DNA from: Bacteroidia bacterium | Lineage (GTDB): Bacteria; Bacteroidota; Bacteroidia; B-17B0; Aurantibacillaceae | Reading direction: 5' to 3' | Length of the DNA: 64,000 nucleotides | Assembly: GCA_044353195.1 (NCBI GenBank) | Contig: JBILCJ010000001.1 | Location: 9,213-73,212, forward strand | Part shown: in pieces, positions 40,991-50,486 of the stretch | Numbering within the stretch: the first letter of the stretch is position 1 | Layout of the letters: every line of letters starts with the position of its first letter | The notes under the pieces: generated by a model | Told to the model about the DNA's origin: nothing | Databases searched by the model: none | The model's input: only the letters and a program-made list of their open reading frames with translations | Made by a program: the position numbers and the translations under genes

Positions 40991-42130
40991 CTAATTAATT
41001 AATTCTAAAAGGTTAGTACAAATATACTTCAACATTTCTTCCTCCATCTCAGTATGCATTGGTAACGATAAAACCGTTGCGCAAAGTTTTTCTGTAATCG
41101 GAAAATCTTCTTTTTTAAATCGGTCGCTTTTATATGCATTTTGTTCATGCAATGGAATAGGGTAGTAAATCATTGCGGGTATACCACGTTCAGCTAATTG
41201 CTCGCGTAATAATTTTCTATCAACGCCAATCAATTGTAATGTGTATTGATGAAACACATGCGTAGAATTTTTTACTCTAACTGGTGTTTTTAATTTTGGG
41301 TGATTTGCAAAAGCACCATCATAAAAATCGGCAGCTTTATTTCTTGCCGCAGCGTATTCATCAAGATGTTTTAACTTTACTTTTAAAATAGCAGCTTGTA
41401 TAGTATCTAATCGCGAATTTACGCCTAGCACATCGTGCACATATTGCACGCTTTGACCATGGTGAGCAATCATTCTTAATTTTTTCGCAAGGTCATCATC
41501 GTTGGTATAAATAGCTCCACCATCACCGTAACAACCTAAATTTTTACTCGGAAAAAATGAAGTGCAACCGATTGTACCAATGGTTCCAGCTTTCCTAATC
41601 GTGCCATCATTAAAAGTATAATCAGCACCAATAGCTTGTGCTACATCTTCAATTACAAATAAATTATGCTTTTGCGCTAAAGCCATGATGCGTTCCATAT
41701 CCGCACATTGTCCAAATAAATGAACAGGTACAATTGCTTTAGTTTTTGGTGTGATGGCTTTTTCTATGGCTTCAATATTGATATCGAACGTATCTTCATA
41801 AACATCAACCAGAACTGGTGTTAAACCAAGTAATCCTATCACTTCAGCAGTTGCAACGTAGGTAAAACTAGCTGTAATCACCTCATCACCTGGCTTCAAA
41901 TCCAGAGCCATCATGGCAATTTGTAGTGCGTCTGTCCCATTTGCGCATGGAATAACGTGTTTTACGTGTAAGTAATTTTCTAAATCTGCTTGAAATTCTT
42001 TTACCGCTGGTCCGTTAATAAATGCTGTATTTGAAATGACTTCTTCAATGCCTGCATCAACTTCAGCCTTTATTTTTAGGTATTGACTTTTTAAGTCAAC
42101 CATTTGTATTTTTTTTTCTAAAGTTGCCAT
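40991..42130 (-). CDS. DegT/DnrJ/EryC1/StrS family sugar aminotransferase
   Basis: 379 aa with the family layout, including FFPSKNLG (PLP-lysine region). Confidence 0.9.
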   Translation of the reverse strand: MATLEKKIQMVDLKSQYLKIKAEVDAGIEEVISNTAFINGPAVKEFQADLENYLHVKHVIPCANGTDALQIAMMALDLKPGDEVITASFTYVATAEVIGLLGLTPVLVDVYEDTFDINIEAIEKAITPKTKAIVPVHLFGQCADMERIMALAQKHNLFVIEDVAQAIGADYTFNDGTIRKAGTIGTIGCTSFFPSKNLGCYGDGGAIYTNDDDLAKKLRMIAHHGQSVQYVHDVLGVNSRLDTIQAAILKVKLKHLDEYAAARNKAADFYDGAFANHPKLKTPVRVKNSTHVFHQYTLQLIGVDRKLLREQLAERGIPAMIYYPIPLHEQNAYKSDRFKKEDFPITEKLCATVLSLPMHTEMEEEMLKYICTNLLELIN

Positions 42131-42354
42131 TCTTTAATTTCAAATTTTAGTATGCGAATATAACGAATTTGCCACAACTAAGTTGGCTTTATGTTTAAAA
42201 TAATTTGGAGCTATTTCCTACTTTCCGCTCTATCTTTTTTGCATGAAAAAATGTAAAAAAGGATGCCGCTTCTATCAGGGCTAGTTTTTGCTCTAATTTG
42301 GATGAGTCTTTCTTTTTCAGGTTCTATAAATGAAATTCTCAGCGACCTTTGTTG

Positions 42355-43776
42355 TTAAACATCAAAAAAATCATCAGAAAAATTCATTAAATAAACTTTT
42401 TCTGTAGCTCGCGTAAAAGCAGTGTATAACCAACGAATGTATTCTTTATTCAACATTTCTTTTGTTAAATAACCTTGATCTATAAAAACGCAAGGCCATT
42501 GACCACCTTGTGCTTTGTGACACGTTACTGAATAATTAAATTTAATTTGCAATGCATTAAAATAAGGACTTTTGCGTAAATAATTCATACGAAGGCTTTT
42601 TATTGGTTCGTCATTTACATCTTCCATAATATTGGAGAATAATTGCTGTTGTTGTTCTTTTGTAAGCGATGGAACTTCTGTATAAATAGAGTCTAAAAGC
42701 AAAGTTAAATTTAGTTCTGGAGTGTTTTCATAGTCGCATAATTTAACCACACATTCAGCAAAATTAAAACCATACATTTCTTTTCGACGAATGATTTTTT
42801 TTATTTCTAAACTATCACCATTCGCTATAAATCCAGCTTCAGATTTTTCATCTAACCAATAGTAATTATTTTTCACAACCATCATCAAATCTCCACTACA
42901 CAAATCTTCTTCCATATAACGTACACGAGCTCTCACTGCTTGGTTAAATAAATTCGCACGCTTATTACTTCTTGTTACCAGTAACACGTCATTATAACCA
43001 TAATTACTGTAAGCGTTATTGAGTGCGTCTTCTAAATCTTCGCCACTTAATCTTATCACATCTTTGTGCAAACTTATTTTAGGAAAGTCACCATCAAAAT
43101 TGTCAATACACTCTCTTAAATGAGTTGCATTTTTTAGTATACCACTAGCATCTTGTTGCCTTGCAACTTGCTTTAATTCTACATGTTTTATTTGTAAATG
43201 ATAACTAGCTTTTAAATAATTTAAATCTAATGCGGGACTTTCATTACTGCCAATCGGAGGTAATTGAGCAGTATCACCAACCATAATTAATTTGCAGTTT
43301 GTGCCGCTAAATACATATTCTAGTAAGCTTTCTAATAGGCTATGATACACAGAGTCTGAAGTTGGATTATCTAATCCAATCATAGAGGCTTCATCTACTA
43401 TAAAAATAGTATTTGTGTGTTTGTTTTCCGCTAAAGCAAAGGCTACTCCACCATCATGTGTGGGAATTTTTATAAATATTTTTTTATGAATTGTTTGAGC
43501 AGGTTTTTGCGAATAGTTTGATAAAACTTTTGCGGCCCTTCCGGTTGGTGCTAGTAAAACACTTTTCCATTTAAAACTCGGTAGCGTTTTTGATAGCGCT
43601 CCAATCATGTTTGTTTTTCCAGTTCCTGCATAACCTTTTAAAACAAAAATTTCGCGTTCATTTTTATTGCTAATAAAATCAGACAACAACGCAATTAAAT
43701 TTGATTGATCGCTATTAGGTACAAATGGTAAACAGCTAAAAAAAATTGACGTAAAATTATTATTTGTATAGTTCAA
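42355..43776 (-). CDS. RecD/Dda-like SF1 DNA helicase
   Basis: Walker A GYAGTGKT, Walker B FIVDEASMI, VGDTAQLPPI, and a C-terminal TCHKAQGGQW motif. Confidence 0.8.
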   Translation of the reverse strand: MNYTNNNFTSIFFSCLPFVPNSDQSNLIALLSDFISNKNEREIFVLKGYAGTGKTNMIGALSKTLPSFKWKSVLLAPTGRAAKVLSNYSQKPAQTIHKKIFIKIPTHDGGVAFALAENKHTNTIFIVDEASMIGLDNPTSDSVYHSLLESLLEYVFSGTNCKLIMVGDTAQLPPIGSNESPALDLNYLKASYHLQIKHVELKQVARQQDASGILKNATHLRECIDNFDGDFPKISLHKDVIRLSGEDLEDALNNAYSNYGYNDVLLVTRSNKRANLFNQAVRARVRYMEEDLCSGDLMMVVKNNYYWLDEKSEAGFIANGDSLEIKKIIRRKEMYGFNFAECVVKLCDYENTPELNLTLLLDSIYTEVPSLTKEQQQQLFSNIMEDVNDEPIKSLRMNYLRKSPYFNALQIKFNYSVTCHKAQGGQWPCVFIDQGYLTKEMLNKEYIRWLYTAFTRATEKVYLMNFSDDFFDV

Positions 43777-43827
43777 TTTTTTTTGGTTTAAATGATGAAT
43801 TGTTGATGAAATGAATGCTTATTTTCA

Positions 43828-45786
43828 TTATTTTTTTTCAATCCAATCTCCGTGTTCTTTAATCAATTCAACTAATTCATTCACTGCATTTTCACTTGGC
43901 ACATTTTTTTTAACAACTTCTTTACCTTTGTATAGGGAAATTTTACCAACACCAACACCTACATAACCGTAATCAGCATCTGCCATTTCGCCTGGTCCGT
44001 TTACGATACAGCCCATAATACCAATTTTAATTCCTTTTAAATGGTCAGTTCGTTCACGTATACTTTGCGTTGTTTCTTGTAAATCAAATAGTGTTCTTCC
44101 GCAACTTGGACAAGAAATATATTCCGCCTTACTAATTCGAGTTCGAGTTGCTTGCAAAATTCCAAAAGCTGTTGAGTTTGTATTTTTCGGCGAGGTACAA
44201 TTTATTTGTTTTAACCAAATCCCTTCCCCTAAGCCGTCTAAAAGCAAAGCGCCAATTTCAGTTGATGCACCTAATTGAAACGCTTCTTCCGTTAAGTCTA
44301 CATAATTTCTTTTTAAGATTACAGGTATTGTAATTTGATGCTCTGCCAATGTTACAAACAAACGTCTTAATTCAGGCATTGCATGAGGATTAAACGTGTC
44401 TAAAACTAAAACAATGTTTTTCAAATTCTTAATTTTTAAAATAAAATTAGGAGTTAAAATTTCTTTAGTAACAGCAATAAAATTTAATGTATCGTGATGT
44501 TTTTCAGAGCTAAAAAATTCGTCTCCACAAAAAAGAGGAAATTGTCTTAATGGATTTTCTAATTTTTTCCACGCTTCGCTATTGTTTATAATTCCTAATG
44601 TTCCTGGTATTTCAAAATCGATAGGATTATCTCCAGCATAAATATAATCACATGCCGTATCACTAATATTCCATTTATCTAAAGGAACAGAATAATTGTA
44701 TCCAACTGCAAAAAGTGACGCTGGTGTAATTTGTTCTTTCGAACTAAAATCTGCAATAACGCGCGGAACGTTATGCCCTCCAATATTTATAACTTCTATG
44801 CTATCTCGCTTTTTATAATCGTATGGATTGTAAGATAAAATTATTTTTTCTTTTTCAGTTTCTAGAGGTGTGATAGACTGATGAAGTTTTATTTTTTGTT
44901 CTGAGTAGCGATCAGCAAGTAATTTCGCTACAGGCATTTCAAATTCAGGCTCTTCAGTGAGAGAAACTCTGATAGTATCTCCTAATCCATCTTCTAATAA
45001 TGTGCCAATTCCAACTGCTGATTTAATCCTTCCGTCTTCGCCATCACCAGCTTCTGTAACACCTAAATGCAAAGGATAATTACGGTTTGTTTCAATCATC
45101 TTTTGAACTAACAGTCTGTATGCTTGCACCATTACTTGTGTGTTACTCGCCTTCATGGAAATCACAATATTATGGTAATTTGAATCTTCACAAATTCTTA
45201 AAAATTCAAATGCTGATTCTACCATTCCTAATGGCGTGTCTCCATATCTGCTTAATATCCTATCGCTTAAAGATCCATGATTTGTTCCAATACGCATAGC
45301 TGTTCCGTATTCTTTGCAAATTTTTACTAATGGCGTAAATCTATTTCTAATCCGTTCTAATTCTTTTTCATAGGCTGAATCAGTGTAATCAATTTCTTCA
45401 AATTTTTTCTTATCAGCATAATTTCCGGGATTAACTCGCACTTTTTCGATAACACGGGCAGCATATTCAGCGGCGTTTGGTGTGAAATGTATATCTGCTA
45501 CAAGTGGTGTTTGAAATCCTGCGGCAACTAATTCTTTTTTTATGAATTCTAAGTTTTTTGCTTCATTGATGCTAGGTGCTGTAATTCTGACCAATTCACA
45601 GCCAGCTTCAATCATTCTAATACTTTGAGCAACCGTCGCTTTTGTATCCATCGTATCAGTTGTTGTCATACTTTGTATACGAATTGGATTATTCCCTCCA
45701 ATACCAACACTTCCGCACGTTACTTCACGGGTCAAAAAACGTTTATATTCTGTTAAGCTATGACTGTATGGTAAATATAAATTCAT
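43828..45786 (-). CDS. ispG: 4-hydroxy-3-methylbut-2-enyl diphosphate synthase (long form with insert domain)
   Basis: N-terminal TIM-barrel blocks (VRITAP, ADIHF) and a C-terminal 4Fe-4S domain with CPSCGRT...GCIVNGPGE. 652 aa. Confidence 0.93.
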   Translation of the reverse strand: MNLYLPYSHSLTEYKRFLTREVTCGSVGIGGNNPIRIQSMTTTDTMDTKATVAQSIRMIEAGCELVRITAPSINEAKNLEFIKKELVAAGFQTPLVADIHFTPNAAEYAARVIEKVRVNPGNYADKKKFEEIDYTDSAYEKELERIRNRFTPLVKICKEYGTAMRIGTNHGSLSDRILSRYGDTPLGMVESAFEFLRICEDSNYHNIVISMKASNTQVMVQAYRLLVQKMIETNRNYPLHLGVTEAGDGEDGRIKSAVGIGTLLEDGLGDTIRVSLTEEPEFEMPVAKLLADRYSEQKIKLHQSITPLETEKEKIILSYNPYDYKKRDSIEVINIGGHNVPRVIADFSSKEQITPASLFAVGYNYSVPLDKWNISDTACDYIYAGDNPIDFEIPGTLGIINNSEAWKKLENPLRQFPLFCGDEFFSSEKHHDTLNFIAVTKEILTPNFILKIKNLKNIVLVLDTFNPHAMPELRRLFVTLAEHQITIPVILKRNYVDLTEEAFQLGASTEIGALLLDGLGEGIWLKQINCTSPKNTNSTAFGILQATRTRISKAEYISCPSCGRTLFDLQETTQSIRERTDHLKGIKIGIMGCIVNGPGEMADADYGYVGVGVGKISLYKGKEVVKKNVPSENAVNELVELIKEHGDWIEKK

Positions 45787-45814
45787 TATTAAAATCTTTA
45801 TTTTTTATTTCTAA

Positions 45815-46624
45815 TTAACTAATTACTTTATAAAGGATTGGTTTACTTGGACTAGCATCGTTTTCAAAACTTGCTATTTGAATATTTAAAATATAGGTTC
45901 CGTCTATAACTTCATTAGGGACATAAATAAACTCGGTAATTGTTTTTTGAAGTTGCGTGTTGAATGGATATTGCCAAAATGCGTGATGTGCTAATAATTT
46001 ACCTTCGTCATTTTCTCTATCTATAGATGGCAAATCAATTAGTAAATGTTCGACTCCTATTTCATTTAAAAATAGAATACCCTCTTCTAAAATATAAGGT
46101 GGATTTGTGTTTGAATATTGAGTTGTTAATTTATTTAATCCGTTACCCAAAGTTCTTATTACAATTGCCTCTGGTTTATTTCCATCTAATGAATTTTCTA
46201 ATTGTTTTTTTGTGATTACAAAATCTCCGTTATCAAGTTCGGTTGGAAGAATAGTTATGACTTCTGCTAAAAACATGAATTGATTTAAGCATTTATTAAT
46301 CGTGATAAATTCTTTACTAATATGCCCAACACATTCGGTGTGTGTGCCATTTCCGTGCGGATTAAAAGTTATATTTCTAAAATTAACCGAACCTCCTTTG
46401 TTTACATCACCTATCCAATCACCATTTTCTACAGGCTCTAATTTCATGGGGTTGACGTACCAAGCGCTAGTGCAATTTTTATCATTACTCAATGGTATCG
46501 AAATATCAATGGGTTGGTAAAAATCCATATTATAGTTTTTTCCTTTATGAAAAATAGTTCCAATCATTTTTTTAGGTGAATTTTTATTTTCTAAATGTAT
46601 GGTAGAATTTTTTTCTATTTTCAT
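45815..46624 (-). CDS. Cyclase family protein (kynurenine formamidase-like fold)
   Basis: HGNGTHTECVGH resembles the HxGTHxDxPxH cyclase motif. 269 aa. Confidence 0.65.
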   Translation of the reverse strand: MKIEKNSTIHLENKNSPKKMIGTIFHKGKNYNMDFYQPIDISIPLSNDKNCTSAWYVNPMKLEPVENGDWIGDVNKGGSVNFRNITFNPHGNGTHTECVGHISKEFITINKCLNQFMFLAEVITILPTELDNGDFVITKKQLENSLDGNKPEAIVIRTLGNGLNKLTTQYSNTNPPYILEEGILFLNEIGVEHLLIDLPSIDRENDEGKLLAHHAFWQYPFNTQLQKTITEFIYVPNEVIDGTYILNIQIASFENDASPSKPILYKVIS

Positions 46625-46834
46625 TCAATCTCATAATTTGTAAATTTTTAATTAACATCATCTTTAAAATCCTTTTTTTTGGATTTTTTTTGGATTTTTG
46701 TTCTTATAACTTAAAATTCATTACTTTTTAACAAAAAAAAGTTCAAATAGTTTGAGTTTATATAAAAATGTTATATCTTGGTGCCCGAGGTAGTTGCCTT
46801 TTTATTTAATTAATTAAACTAATTTTGGTGTAAT

Positions 46835-47812
46835 ATGAAAATTTTTTTTACCACACTAGCACTTGCTTTATCAGCAATAATGAATAATTCATTTGCTCAA
46901 CAAGATCCGCAGTTCACTCAGTTTATGCATAATAAATTAATTTATAATCCAGGTTATGCAGGAACGTCTGATGCGATTTGTTCGAATGTACTTTATCGTC
47001 AGCAGTGGGTCAATTTTCCAGGAGCGCCAAAAACTGCCTTAGTAAGTTTTGATATGCCTATAGGAAGTTTGCCAATTGGTGTTGGTTTAAATGTGATGTC
47101 TGATCAACTTGGTTTTGATAAATCTTTATATGCTCGTTTAGCTGTTTCTTATAGAAAAGTTATCGGCGCTGGAACATTAGGTTTAGGAATTGATGCAGGT
47201 ATTCTTCAAAAATCATTCAATGGTGCTTGGGTAACTCCAGACGGTAACGGTGTCCAAGATAACTCTATTCCGGGTTACACTTCAGGTACTGGAACCACAG
47301 TTGCTACAAATTCTGGACTTAATAAAATGACTTATGATTTAGGTTTTGGAGCTTATTATACCATTGCAAATAAATTTTATGTTGGTTTATCGTCAACCCA
47401 TCTTACAGCTCAAGATGTTGCGGCAAATAGTAATGTAAAATATGCTTTAGCACGCCACTACTATATCATGAGTGGTTATACATTTGATTTAACACCTGAA
47501 CATGCTGTAACTCCTAATATCAATATTAAATCAGACGGAACATCTACTCAGTTAGATTTAAATGTTACTTATATGTTTGATAAAACGTATTGGTTTGGAC
47601 TTTCTTATCGTATGCAAGATGCCATTGCTCCTATGCTTGGTGCAAAGTTTTTACCAAATAAAAGCCTGAAGGTTGGTTATTCTTATGATATTACAACATC
47701 AAAAATGAGAGGTCATAGCTCTGGTTCGCATGAAATTATGTTAGGATATTGTTTTAACGTTAAAAGAACGCCTAAAATTACATCTTACCAAAATGCAAGA
47801 TTTTTAGATTAA
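46835..47812 (+). CDS. porP: PorP/SprF family type IX secretion system membrane protein
   Basis: Signal peptide, then QQDPQFTQFMHNKLIYNPGYAG, the family hallmark. It lies directly upstream of gldK. Confidence 0.88.
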   Translation: MKIFFTTLALALSAIMNNSFAQQDPQFTQFMHNKLIYNPGYAGTSDAICSNVLYRQQWVNFPGAPKTALVSFDMPIGSLPIGVGLNVMSDQLGFDKSLYARLAVSYRKVIGAGTLGLGIDAGILQKSFNGAWVTPDGNGVQDNSIPGYTSGTGTTVATNSGLNKMTYDLGFGAYYTIANKFYVGLSSTHLTAQDVAANSNVKYALARHYYIMSGYTFDLTPEHAVTPNINIKSDGTSTQLDLNVTYMFDKTYWFGLSYRMQDAIAPMLGAKFLPNKSLKVGYSYDITTSKMRGHSSGSHEIMLGYCFNVKRTPKITSYQNARFLD

Positions 47813-47991
47813 TTTGTAACCTTTTAAATAAAATACCGTTAAAGCACCTTAAAAGTTAAATTTAATTGTTAATAAGTTGTTAATAGCCAAAATTGTAACT
47901 AAAGTAAAAAATTGAATTATAAAATAAAAGCGCAGAATAAAAGATAACTACAGTTTAAAATCTTTTAAAGCAAAAAACTAAACAAAGTACT

Positions 47992-49536
47992 ATGAAAAAA
48001 TTAATTGTATTAGCTTCATTTGTTGCCGTTGTTACAGGTTGTAACAAAAAGGTAGGTGAGTTAGTTGGCGTAGAAGGAAGAGAAAAATGGTTCCAGCCAG
48101 ATCCATTCGGCACACTTTATATTCCAATGGGTAGTTACCACATGGGGCCAAGCGATCAAGAGATTACAATGGCTCATACAGCTAAGTCAAAAATGGTTTC
48201 TGTACAAGCATTTTATATTGATGATTCTGAAATTTCTAATAATGAATATCGTCAATTTGTATATTGGGTGAGAGATTCAATTGCGCGTAAATTATTAGCA
48301 AATGGATCAGGTCCAGACGCTGAAGATTTTCAAATTTCTCAAGAGGATTTCTTGTCTATGTTTCCTGTTTATAAAGGAGATAATAATCTGCAAGATCCAT
48401 ATATCAATTGGGCGACTAAAATCAAATGGGATAGCGATGATGAAGATTACCGTTTAGATTTACAACCTTTATATTTACCTGAAGGTGAACGTTTTTATAA
48501 TAGAAAAGAAATTGATACACGTAAATTAAATTACGAGTATTATAGAATTGATATTAAATTGGCAGCATCTAAATACAATCGTTTTGTGCCACAAAAATCA
48601 CCAGACGTGCAAGACGCTTCGCATGCATACAAGCAATCTGATTACATGAATGGTGTTCACACCAATGAAGGTCAAAATGGAGTTCCGGGTGGATTATCTA
48701 ATGCAGTTGGAGATCCAAGTAAGGATCCTAAGACATTAGGTACGTATGATGTTACAGACCAAAAATCTGTTGGTAATGGTAATTATACTTCAAATGTTCG
48801 TAAGAGTGTTGACCGTTCTGTATTTGTATTAAAAGATGTAATTAATGTGTATCCTGATACATTAGCTTGGGTTCACGATTTCACTTACTCATTTAATGAA
48901 CCAATGACTAATATGTATTTTTGGCATCCATCTTATGATGATTATCCTGTTGTTGGAGTTACTTGGAAACAAGCGAGAGCATTTAGTATATGGAGATCTA
49001 ACTTATTGAATAATTATTTAATTGGCACAGAGCAATCAATTGTGAATGATTTCCGTTTACCAACTGAATCTGAGTGGGAATATGCTGCTCGTGGAGGAAA
49101 TGATTTATCTCCATACCCTTGGGGCGGACCATATATTCGTAACGCTAAAGGTTGTTTCTTAGGCAACTTTAAGCCAATGAGAGGTTCATATATTGATGAT
49201 GGTGGATTTCAATCAGTTTATATTTATTCATATAATCCTAATGATTACGGTTTATATTGTATGGCAGGAAATGTTTCAGAGTGGACAAATAATGCATTCG
49301 ACGAATCATCGTATGACTTTTCTCACGATTTAAATCCCGATTATACTTATGAAGCACAAGATAAGGATGCTAATGTTTTGAAGCGTAAAGTAATTCGTGG
49401 TGGTTCTTGGAAAGATGTAGGCTATTATTTACAAGTAAGTACTCGTACTTACGAATACCAAGATACTGCAAAATGTTATATAGGATTCCGTAATGTGATG
49501 ACTTATTTAGGTCGTGCTAAGGGAGATGAAATTTAA
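47992..49536 (+). CDS. gldK: Gliding motility/T9SS lipoprotein GldK (FGE-sulfatase fold)
   Basis: Lipobox VVTGC. SUMF1/FGE-like blocks (YPVVGVTWKQARAF, LPTESEWEYAARGG, VIRGGSW). Confidence 0.93.
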   Translation: MKKLIVLASFVAVVTGCNKKVGELVGVEGREKWFQPDPFGTLYIPMGSYHMGPSDQEITMAHTAKSKMVSVQAFYIDDSEISNNEYRQFVYWVRDSIARKLLANGSGPDAEDFQISQEDFLSMFPVYKGDNNLQDPYINWATKIKWDSDDEDYRLDLQPLYLPEGERFYNRKEIDTRKLNYEYYRIDIKLAASKYNRFVPQKSPDVQDASHAYKQSDYMNGVHTNEGQNGVPGGLSNAVGDPSKDPKTLGTYDVTDQKSVGNGNYTSNVRKSVDRSVFVLKDVINVYPDTLAWVHDFTYSFNEPMTNMYFWHPSYDDYPVVGVTWKQARAFSIWRSNLLNNYLIGTEQSIVNDFRLPTESEWEYAARGGNDLSPYPWGGPYIRNAKGCFLGNFKPMRGSYIDDGGFQSVYIYSYNPNDYGLYCMAGNVSEWTNNAFDESSYDFSHDLNPDYTYEAQDKDANVLKRKVIRGGSWKDVGYYLQVSTRTYEYQDTAKCYIGFRNVMTYLGRAKGDEI

Positions 49537-49598
49537 TAAACACACATAAACACAAATAAACAAACACAAAAACTCAACTAATTAAAAACTAAACAACT

Positions 49599-50396
49599 AT
49601 GAGCAAACTTCCTAAAGTAACCGGTTTTAAAAAGTATTTACACTTAGCATCATGTTTTGGTGCAGCAGTTGTAATTGTTGGAGCCTTATTTAAAATTATG
49701 CACTGGCCAGGTGCTTCTGCAGCATTAATTGCAGGTCTTGGTACTGAAGCTGTACTATTTATTTTATTCGGTTTAGATATACCTCATGAGGAATACGATT
49801 GGTCTTTAGCTTACCCTGAATTAGGTGGCATGGGCGGACATGAAGACGAAGAATCTTCTGAACATAGTAATTTACCTTTAACAAATCAATTGGATAATAT
49901 GCTTGCTGAAGCAAAAATAGGACCAGAATTAATCGAAAGTTTAGGAATGGGTATGCGTTCATTAAGTGATAATGCATCTAAAATGGGAGATTTATCAAAT
50001 GCTCATTTAGCAACTAATGAATACGTTGATAGCGTTAGATCGGCGTCTAAAAACGTATCTAGTTTAGCTGATAGCTATTCAAAAGCGGCAGAATCTATGG
50101 TTAGTTTAGCAGCTTCAAACGATGTTAGTAGTTCTATTGGTGATTCTTTAGGCAAGGTTTCTAGTAACTTAAACGCATTGAATGCTACTTATGAGTTACA
50201 ATTGCAAGGTTCAAAAAATCATTTAGAAGCAACTGAGAAATTTTATGGTGGTTTAGCTGATTTAATGAAAAATTTACATGATTCTGTTGATGATACTAAA
50301 AAATATCGTCAAGAAATGTCTACATTATCTTCTAATTTAACTGCATTAAACGGTATCTACGGAAACATGTTAGGTGCAATGAATTATAACAAATAA
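49599..50396 (+). CDS. gldL: Gliding motility/T9SS protein GldL
   Basis: Two N-terminal TM helices with GAAVVIVGALFKIMHWPGA. 265 aa. Confidence 0.9.
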   Translation: MSKLPKVTGFKKYLHLASCFGAAVVIVGALFKIMHWPGASAALIAGLGTEAVLFILFGLDIPHEEYDWSLAYPELGGMGGHEDEESSEHSNLPLTNQLDNMLAEAKIGPELIESLGMGMRSLSDNASKMGDLSNAHLATNEYVDSVRSASKNVSSLADSYSKAAESMVSLAASNDVSSSIGDSLGKVSSNLNALNATYELQLQGSKNHLEATEKFYGGLADLMKNLHDSVDDTKKYRQEMSTLSSNLTALNGIYGNMLGAMNYNK

Positions 50397-50486
50397 TTGT
50401 AAATAAATAGTAATGTCACGTTCATTTTTTGAAATGACGATTTAAAATTCATTAAAATATTAATCTAAAAGTAATTATAAAATAAT

